Shown here: positions 1-7,255 of the stretch, one piece after another | How positions within the stretch are numbered: the stretch's first letter is position 1 | Layout: each line of letters starts with the position of its first letter | Source: Metamycoplasma auris | Lineage (GTDB): Bacteria; Bacillota_I; Bacilli_A; Mycoplasmatales; Metamycoplasmataceae | Reading direction: 5' to 3' | Assembly (NCBI RefSeq): GCF_003253435.1 | Contig: NZ_QKUB01000001.1 | Span: 62,555 to 94,554 of the forward strand | Length of the DNA: 32,000 bases | Position numbers and translations under genes: made by a program | The notes under the pieces: generated by a model | Told to the model about the DNA's origin: nothing | Database searches by the model: none | Seen by the model: only the letters and a program-made list of their open reading frames with translations

Positions 1-444
1 TCTCCCAAGAAGGAATCATGATTATCAAAATCAATTATAGATATTATTGAAACGGTTATTTTAGATCAGAATGCTGGGGAAAACATCAAACAAGTTGATA
101 TGCAAACAATTGAACATATAATGCCCCAAGATTTAAGTGAATGAAAAAACGACTTAGGTTATGAAGAGGAAAAATTGAAACAATTGCACTCAAAGTGTAA
201 GGATCAAATCGGTAATTTAATTCATTTAAATAATAAACAAAATACCAAAATATCTAACAAGTCATTTAAGCATAAAGTAAATGAAGTGTATAAAAAATCA
301 TCTTCAATACTAGTAACAGCTAAAGGTCTTGAAAAGTATGGATTAAAAAATATTTGTGAATATGATCAATGAACATTTGACATCATTGAGGAAAGAACTG
401 AAAAATTAGGAAAAGTCATTATTGATATAATGAATAGTGACTAA
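1..444 (+). CDS. DUF1524 / GmrSD-family His-Me finger nuclease domain protein, C-terminal part (5' end lies outside the window)
   Basis: Frame 1 is open from nt 1 to TAA at 442-444 when three in-frame TGA codons are read as Trp. The translation contains QTIEHIMPQ followed by IGNLIHLNNKQNTKISNKSF, the H-x2-P ... GNL ... N-x-N pattern I associate with DUF1524 domains of type IV restriction (GmrSD-like) proteins. Confidence 0.6.
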
Positions 445-473
445 AAATAACTTATTTTGTTGAAATAAAAATA

Positions 474-503
474 GACTACGAATATGAAGGGTAGTCATTT
501 TTT
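474..503 (+). terminator. weak rho-independent terminator candidate after the DUF1524 gene
   Basis: GACTAC (474-479) pairs with GTAGTC (491-496) across an 11-nt loop, followed by ATTTTTT. Confidence 0.35.
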
Positions 504-566
504 ATTCCTTTTTTTAGACTTTTTTTGTCATTTTAGCATTATTTTTTAGTGTTTTTTTGCTATTTT
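498..566 (+). promoter_or_regulatory. helically phased T-tract array (predicted intrinsically bent DNA) abutting lipoprotein promoter 1
   Basis: T runs lie at 498-503, 509-515, 520-526, 531-534, 542-547, 552-558 and 563-566. Their start-to-start spacing is 11, 11, 11, 11, 10, 11 nt. The array ends at the -35 hexamer. Confidence 0.5.
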
Positions 567-592
567 GGCAAAAAAAAAAAAAAAAGTAAAAT
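565..592 (+). promoter_or_regulatory. sigma-70-type promoter with poly(A) spacer (A16), lipoprotein 1
   Basis: TTGGCA (565-570), an A run at 570-585 (16 A) plus G586, then TAAAAT (587-592). The spacer is 16 nt. The same architecture recurs at 1616-1644 and 6555-6583. Confidence 0.65.
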
Positions 593-715
593 TTGGACAT
601 AGCAATGCATAGTCCCTAAAAAACCAAACAAAAAATGTGGAGTCTAGACAATAAAAAATTGCTATATAAATTCAAATTAAGATATTTAAATATTTAAATT
701 AAATTAGGAAGTTAT

Positions 716-1558
716 ATGAAAAAACTAAACAAATTTTTATTTGCTTTAGGTTCCGTTGCTTCATTAGCATCACTACCATTAATTGCTGCAAAATGTGGTG
801 GTACTAAGGAAGAAAGCAAACCTGAAGCAAATAAGAATCCAAAAGATCCTAATCCTGGAAATAAGGATCCAAACACTAAAAATAAAATTAATTTAAGTTC
901 CTTAGAAAGTTCAGTTGTAGATAAGATAAAAAAATCAATCAAAAATAATAATGTAGAACAAGCAGAAATTTTAGATATTTTAAAAGAAGTTAAAGGTCTA
1001 GAAACTTTAAGATTCGGTGATTTTAAAACTCTTGATTTTAAAGATTTCAAATTAACAATTGAAGCTAATACATCCTCTTCTTTAATTGAAGGAAAATTTG
1101 AATTTTCAGAAGAAATTAAAAAAGAAGAGAATGCAAAATTAAAGACAGAATTAAATATGTTTTTAAAAGAAAAACTTGTTGCTAATGTAAAAGTAAAGAG
1201 AGCAGATTTGATTGACTCCTTAGACTTTGATAACGTTAAGACAAAAGCAGACCTTTACGATGTCAAAGAAGAAATTAAAGATTTCATTAATGATTACTAT
1301 TCTGTTTTTAGAGAAAAACTTAATGTTTTATCTAGAAATGTAGATTTCAATTTTAAAGAAGTATCTGAAGATGAACTAAGATTATTTATTCCTGAAGAAT
1401 GATTACTAGAAATTGAAAAAGAAACAAAACAAGAAGATAAGCATAAGGTATTCGAACAACTACTATTGAACACACAAGTAATCAAAGAGGCTTTACAAGC
1501 TCAATATCAAGAACAAACTAAAGAAGTTGAAAAATTATTCAATACAACCTTAAAATAA
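716..1558 (+). CDS. surface lipoprotein, poly(A)-promoter family member 1 (280 aa)
   Basis: ATG at 716 follows an AGGAAG Shine-Dalgarno sequence. The signal peptide is MKKLNKFLFALGSVASLASLPLIAAKC with lipobox LIAAKC. The listed ORF 716-1402 ends in TGA (Trp) and the frame continues to TAA at 1556-1558. The mature part is charged and Lys/Glu/Asn-rich. Confidence 0.85.
755..792 (+). repeat. 38-nt block identical to 6708-6745 (signal-peptide coding cassette shared by lipoproteins 1 and 3)
   Basis: GTTGCTTCATTAGCATCACTACCATTAATTGCTGCAAA is present at both positions. Near-identity continues through TGTGGTGGTAC.AAGGAAGAAA. Confidence 0.9.
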
Positions 1559-1570
1559 TCTAAAACTAGA

Positions 1571-1597
1571 ATACCGCTATTAAAGCGGTATTTTTTT
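1571..1597 (+). terminator. rho-independent terminator of lipoprotein 1
   Basis: ATACCGCT (1571-1578) pairs with AGCGGTAT (1584-1591) across a 5-nt loop, followed by a T7 run. Confidence 0.8.
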
Positions 1598-1615
1598 AAT
1601 TAAATTTTTGCTATT

Positions 1616-1644
1616 TTGGCAAAAAAAAAAAAAAAAAGTAAAAT
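1616..1644 (+). promoter_or_regulatory. sigma-70-type promoter with poly(A) spacer (A17), lipoprotein 2
   Basis: TTGGCA (1616-1621), an A run at 1621-1637 (17 A) plus G1638, then TAAAAT (1639-1644). The spacer is 17 nt. The upstream context TTTTGCTATTTTGGC is identical to locus 1. Confidence 0.65.
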
Positions 1645-1735
1645 TTTTCGAGTATTGCAAAACTGGCCCAAAGCAATACAAATAATACCTAATTTAAATA
1701 TTTAATTATTACTTATAAGGATTACATATTATTTT

Positions 1736-2197
1736 ATGAAAAAACTAAACAAATTTTTAATTGCTTTAGGTTCAGTTTCTTCTCTAGCAGCATTACCTTT
1801 AATTGCAGCATCATGTGATAAAACTAAAGAAGAATCCAAAGAAAGTAAAGATAATAAAAACAATGAAGGAAACTCAAACACAACAACTCCTTCAACCTCT
1901 CCCTCTGATTCATCTATAGAACAACCACAATCTGACCAACCATCTACATCGCCTTCAACATCTCCTAAATCTCCAGTCACTCCTAAAGGCGAGAGAGAAA
2001 GCAAAAAATATATTAGTAAACCTGCACTAGAAACAGTAAATAAACCAGGTAGTTCAATTCAAATTATTAAATTTGAAATTGGTACACCAAGTGGGGATAT
2101 ATTTTCAGAAGAACCCGGAGATAGAACAAGTTCCGATCGTGAAGATAGAATTGAGGATTGATTATATAAGAATAAAAAAACTATTAAAAAGCAATAG
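1736..2197 (+). CDS. surface lipoprotein, poly(A)-promoter family member 2 (153 aa), Pro/Ser/Thr-rich
   Basis: The signal peptide is MKKLNKFLIALGSVSSLAALPLIAASC (lipobox). The listed ORF ends at TGA 2159-2161 and the frame continues to TAG at 2195-2197. The mature region contains TTTPSTSPSDSSIEQPQSDQPSTSPSTSPKSPVTPKG. Confidence 0.8.
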
Positions 2198-2235
2198 TTA
2201 AAACTAAAAACATTGATTTTCTTTTAAATTTAATT

Positions 2236-2278
2236 AAAACGTTATTTTGCATTACATCATAGCAAACTAACGTTTTTT
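2236..2278 (+). terminator. possible terminator after lipoprotein 2
   Basis: AAAACGTTA (2236-2244) pairs with TAACGTTTT (2268-2276), followed by T residues. The 23-nt loop is long, so the call is weak. Confidence 0.35.
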
Positions 2279-2522
2279 ATTTATCTAAATTTTCAATTGA
2301 TTCAATCGTTTATCAAATCATTAATGCAATATTTTAATCAAATAGTTGAATGCTACCAAAAAATTAAAATATGAATTTATTATTTAAAATTCTTTAAAAA
2401 ATTCAGTATTTTAAATCAATTAATTCAATCTTTGATTTATTTTAATTGAATTAGGAATACAATCTTTTTTAAGGAGAGAATCTTTTTTCTCCTTAAAAAA
2501 ATAAAAAAAGGAATATAAATTT

Positions 2523-4353
2523 ATGCTTGCAAGTAAAAATAAAAAATTTGGAATGCTTCTATCTTTAATGACTATAGCTACAATGCCAATCGTTACTCTT
2601 TCAGCTAGTTGTCAAACTAAAGCAAAAAATGATAATGCGCTTAATATGAATGTAACCAAAGCTTCATTTAAAAACTTCAACAAAGAATACACAATAAAAG
2701 ATGTAGATTTATCATTATATACAATTAAAGATGAAGAAGAAATGGTATATGTTGATTTAGATGAATTTTTAAAAAATTTAGAAGGACTATTTGATAATAA
2801 GTCATTTAGTTCTCGAATCGATGAAAAGAATAATAAGAAGTTCTATGAAATTAAAAATGATAAGAATGAAGTAGTAAATAGATTAGTTATTGACTGAGAA
2901 AACAATAAAATAACAACTCCAAGTACAAATTTCTTTTTTGAAATTCAAAAAGAACAACAACTAACAGATAATAGTCAATTCCTTGAAACAAACTATGAAA
3001 GCAAAAAGGATAACGAGAAATCTGAGGTAGTTTTTGATCTAGGTAAATATAAGATGGATATTTTATATAAGGATAAAAAAATCTTGTTACCTTTTAATGT
3101 ATTCAATACATTATTTATGAGTTATAGTTTTAATAACATTTATTGAAATGGCAAAAGTCTTACAAACCTAGAAGCAGGAATTGATGCACACGGTAATACT
3201 GAGAAGGAAATAAAAGCAAGAATTAAAAAAGACCAAGAAATAAAAAATAAACCTCAAACTAAAAAAGAGCGTGAAATTAACTTTAATCATCTAGCATTTG
3301 CAATGGATAATTTCTATGGTCTAAAATACCATAAAGAAATTAAGTCTTTTGAAGAATGAATCGGGCCTGATTATAAGCAAAAACTTCTTTCAATTGACCC
3401 TAAGGTATTCCATCAAGCATACATTGATATATTCCATAAAAAATTGAATGAATTACATACAAGAATTAATACATTATCATATTATGATGAATATGATGAA
3501 AAAGAAACAACAAGAGAAAAGTTAATCAAAGAAAAAGAAAAGAATTTTGGTAAATTCTTTAATGATTTCAATAAAAATAAGGCTGAGTTAGTTAAAAATT
3601 TTGAGGCTAAGTTTGGAAAGAAAATTGATGAATTTGGTCCAAATGACTATATTAGATACCATGGTAATACTGCGATTGTAACAACTCTTGGATTTGAAGA
3701 TGGAACTAAAGATGAAATAGCAAAAGAAAATGAAGCTTGAAAACACGACACTTATTTTCTAATGCGTCATTTAATGAAACAAATTGAAGAGAGAAATAAA
3801 AAAGCAAAGAATAAAGAAAAAGAAGGTAACAAAGAACTCAAAGAAATTAAAAATATTGTTCTAGATCTATCTTTAAATGGTGGTGGTAGTGTTAATTCAA
3901 TGGTTAGAGTTTTTAGGCTTTATGACTGATAAAGAAGTTTTGAATCGTGAATATAATATCCTTGATAAAAGAGCTGATCTAAGCAAATCTAAAGTCGATA
4001 CCAATGGTGATAAAAACTATGATAATGATGCATACACTAAGTATAATTGAAGTCTACTTGTTGGAATTAATACATTTAGTGCAGCTAATCAATTAACAAG
4101 TATTGTTAAAGAAATGGGTATTGCAAAAATCATTGGTAAACAAGCAGGAGGTGGTATGTCTGCAATTATGCCTCTTGTATTAAATGATGGAACAACAATT
4201 ACCATTAGTGGTCCAAATAATGCAGTCTTTGGTGAAAAAAATGAATCTATTGAAGGGGGAATTACACCTGATATTAATTTAGAATACAAAGACTTCTATA
4301 ATGATGATGCAATCGACAAGGCTCTAAATGAAGCTTCAAAACTAAGTAAATAA
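2523..4353 (+). pseudogene. S41-family (C-terminal processing / tail-specific type) peptidase lipoprotein, paralog 1, with a +1 frameshift at a T5 run
   Basis: The signal peptide is MLASKNKKFGMLLSLMTIATMPIVTLSASC. The frame starting at 2523 runs through TGA-Trp codons to TAA at 3930-3932, and the homologous C-terminal part continues in the +1 frame (open from 3877) to TAA at 4351-4353. The total is 1831 nt, which is 610 codons plus 1 nt. It is collinear with paralog 2 throughout and carries the motifs DLSLNGGGS, NTFSAAN and IIGKQAGGG. Confidence 0.8.
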
Positions 4354-4372
4354 GAGTCAATTTTTAAACTTT

Positions 4373-4404
4373 AATCTCCTTGTCTATTTATGCAAGGAGA
4401 TTTT
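4373..4404 (+). terminator. rho-independent terminator after S41 paralog 1
   Basis: AATCTCCTTG (4373-4382) pairs with CAAGGAGATT (4393-4402) as a 10-bp stem with a 10-nt loop, followed by TT. Confidence 0.7.
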
Positions 4405-4631
4405 AATTATTAAAAATTTAACAAAATTTAGTATTTTTCGATGAAAAAATTCTTATATTTTTATAAAAATATAAGAGTTTATATATCAATCTATTCAATT
4501 AGTTTTTTGTTGGAATTTTTAATAAAAAGAATGTAAAAATAAGTTGAAATGAATGATTATTCAATATACATTGAGTGTAATTCAATATAATTTATCTAAG
4601 GGCTTATGCCCAAAAACATAAAAGGATTTAT

Positions 4632-6437
4632 ATGGAAAAAACATCGAATAAAACAAGGTTAGTTAAGTTTATATTACCAATACTAAGTGGAAGTATTTTG
4701 CCAATAGCAATGCTATCAGCAAAATGCCAAACAAAAGAATATTTAGATGATCTTACAATTACAAAACATTCATTTAAAAACTACAATCCAGAGTTTAATG
4801 TAAAAGAAAAAGCAGATTTAAAAGCTTATTGAAAAAATGAAGAAATGTATGTTGATGTTGATGAATTTTTAAGTACACTTGAAGGTTTTATTGATAACTC
4901 AAAATTTACAACAAAAATTGACCTAAATAAAAAAGAAAAATCGTATATATTAAAAGGTTCAACACTTGGAAATGAGGGAGAATCTGAAACACAACCTGAT
5001 GCTTTAGTTATCAATTGGGAAAAAAATACAATCTCAGTTCCTAACACTTGATTCTTTTATTCAATTATAAAACCACAACAATTAACTGATGGTAATCAAT
5101 TTCTTAAGAGTGAATATGAACAAAAGATTGATGCTACAGGAGATGTTGTATTTGATTTAGGCAAATATAATATGGATATCTTGTTTAAAGAAAATAAGGT
5201 TCTAGTACCATTTTCAGTCTTTAATACTTTGTTTGTAACACAAAATTACAATAATATTTATTTCAATGGCAAGACTTTTACAAATCTAGAAGCAGGAATT
5301 GATTCTTATTCTTCTTTTGGAACTCCTAAAGAAGCCAAATTAAGAATTCAAAAGGATGCTACAATTGCTAAGAAAAAACCTACAAAAAGACAAAGAGAAA
5401 TTAATTTTCATCATTTATCTTTTGTAATGGATTATTTCTATGGTCTTAAGAGATATAAAAAATTTGATTCTTTTGAAAAATATATTGGTGAAGATTATAA
5501 GAAAAAATTTCTATCAACGAATCCAGAAGAATTTCATCAAGCATATATTGATGTATTTCACAAGAAACTAAATGAATTACATACAAGAATTGATTCATTA
5601 TCTTACTACAATGGATATACTGAAGAATCACTAAGAAATTCTAAGTTAGCTAAGGATTCAAAGAAATATTATGGCGATTACTATAATGAATTCTTTAAGA
5701 CTCAAGGTGAGTTACAAGATAACTTTAAAAAAACATTTAAAAAAGATCTAGACAAATTAGAATTAGATGACCATATTAGATTTGTTGGTGATGACACAGC
5801 AATATTAAGCACATTTGGGTTTGCAGATGCAACTAAAGATCAAATTGCCGACAAAAATAACACTTGAAGATATGACACTTATTTCTTAATGAAGAATTTG
5901 ATGGAAAAAATAAAAGCAAAGAAAGAAATAAAAAATATAATCCTTGACTTATCCTTAAACGGTGGTGGTAGTGTGCAAGCTATGATAAGAACTCTTGGAT
6001 TTTTGACTAATAATAAAGTCGTAAATCGTGAATATGATGTTCTTAACAAAATCGGTTCAAAAACACTATCACAAGTTGATGTTTTTGGGGATAATAAATT
6101 TACAAAACATAATTATGATAAATATAAATGAACTGCCTTAGTTGGAATTAATACATTTAGCGCAGCTAACCAAGCTACAAGTATTATAAAAGAAATGGGC
6201 ATTGCTAAGATAATTGGCCAAAAAAGTGGTGGTGGTATGTCAGCTGTTATCCCTGCTACTTTATTAGATGGAACAACAATTACAATGAGTTCTCCAAATA
6301 ATGCCACATATGGTGAAAAATACGATGACATTGAAGGCGGAATTGAACCTTATGTTAAATTAGATTATAAAGATTTTTATGATAATGAAAAAGTTAAGCA
6401 AGCAGCATTAGAAGCTCATAAAATCAAACAAAAATAA
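4632..6437 (+). CDS. S41-family peptidase lipoprotein, paralog 2 (601 aa, intact)
   Basis: Five listed ORF fragments (4632, 4845, 5172, 5889, 6195) share one frame and are joined by TGA-Trp codons. The signal peptide ends LSAKC. Motifs present are DLSLNGGGS, NTFSAANQ (putative nucleophile Ser) and IIGQKSGGG (putative catalytic Lys region). Confidence 0.85.
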
Positions 6438-6459
6438 TGAATAAATAATAAGAAAAATG

Positions 6460-6492
6460 GAATTTAGGAAAAAAACTAAATTCTATTTTTTT
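6460..6492 (+). terminator. rho-independent terminator after S41 paralog 2
   Basis: GAATTTAG (6460-6467) pairs with CTAAATTC (6476-6483) across an 8-nt loop, followed by TATTTTTTT. Confidence 0.75.
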
Positions 6493-6554
6493 GTCTAGAA
6501 GATCTACAAAAATTACTTATTTTCATTGATTTTATGCTCCAAAATTAATTACTT

Positions 6555-6583
6555 TGCGCAAAAAAAAAAAAAAAAAGTAAAAT
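6555..6583 (+). promoter_or_regulatory. sigma-70-type promoter with poly(A) spacer (A17), lipoprotein 3
   Basis: TGCGCA (6555-6560; alternatively TTGCGC at 6554-6559), an A run at 6560-6576 (17 A) plus G6577, then TAAAAT (6578-6583). Confidence 0.6.
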
Positions 6584-6668
6584 GGGGGATGTAACAAAAT
6601 AGGAATTGTTACGTTTAATGTATAACAAAAATTTAAATATTTAAATAGATTAAGGAGACTTAATAATT

Positions 6669-7214
6669 ATGAAAAAACTTAATAAGTTTATATTAGCTTT
6701 AGGAAGCGTTGCTTCATTAGCATCACTACCATTAATTGCTGCAAATTGTGGTGGTACCAAGGAAGAAAATAAAACTCCAACTGAAAAAGACCCAGGTACA
6801 GGTAAAAAAGAAGATGATAAAGATGGAGGCAAAAAAGATAATGAAAGTGAAGTAAAGGATGACAAAACCAAATTCACTGAAGCTTCTGATAAAGCAATCA
6901 AAACCTTAAAGGAATTAGCTGAAAAAGTTAATAAATATGAATACGAAAAAGAAAAAGCTAAAAAAGTAGAAGGTTTTGGAGATCTAACAGATGAACAATA
7001 TAAGGGTGTTAAAAAACAAATAACAGATCGTATTGATCATCTAGTTAAACAAATTGAAAGTTGAAAGACTAGCGGTCCTAAAAACATTGAAGAAGTTAAC
7101 TTAGCAAAAGGCAATCATAAAACATATGATGAAGCATATGATGCTATGATAAAAAGTCAATTAGATGGCGCTATAAAACAACTTGAATCAATTTCAAAAG
7201 ATTTAACAAAATAA
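6669..7214 (+). CDS. surface lipoprotein, poly(A)-promoter family member 3 (181 aa)
   Basis: An AAGGAG Shine-Dalgarno sequence precedes the start. The signal peptide is MKKLNKFILALGSVASLASLPLIAANC. The listed ORF ends at TGA 7062-7064 and the frame continues to TAA at 7212-7214. The mature part is Lys/Asp/Glu-rich. Confidence 0.85.
6708..6745 (+). repeat. 38-nt block identical to 755-792
   Basis: See the feature at 755-792. Confidence 0.9.
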
Positions 7215-7223
7215 TTACAACAA

Positions 7224-7255
7224 AAAAAGTTGGGCGATAATGCTCAACTTTTTAT
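7224..7255. terminator. bidirectional terminator between convergent lipoprotein 3 and rlmH
   Basis: AGTTGGGC (7228-7235) pairs with GCTCAACT (7242-7249) with one G:U pair, flanked by an A run upstream and a T run downstream. Confidence 0.6.

Noticed and set aside
570-585. The poly(A) runs considered as remnants of retroelement or polyadenylated insertions, or simple low-complexity noise.
   Set aside because: All three sit at the same position between -35-like and TAAAAT hexamers, at a fixed distance upstream of paralogous genes. That fits a promoter spacer, not an insertion scar.
712-1050. Long antisense ORFs opposite the lipoprotein genes (712-1050, 1297-1485, 1729-2004, 6650-6901, minus strand).
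   Set aside because: They mirror the real plus-strand genes, which have an SD, a lipobox signal peptide and a terminator. Their translations are low-complexity Ser/Leu/Phe strings with no start context. They are artefacts of codon-biased sequence.
2471-2494. The hairpin upstream of S41-1, initially considered as the terminator of lipoprotein 2.
   Set aside because: There is no 3' U-tract on either strand, because the T run precedes the stem. It also lies about 275 nt past the lipoprotein 2 stop. I kept it only as an unexplained structure in the findings.
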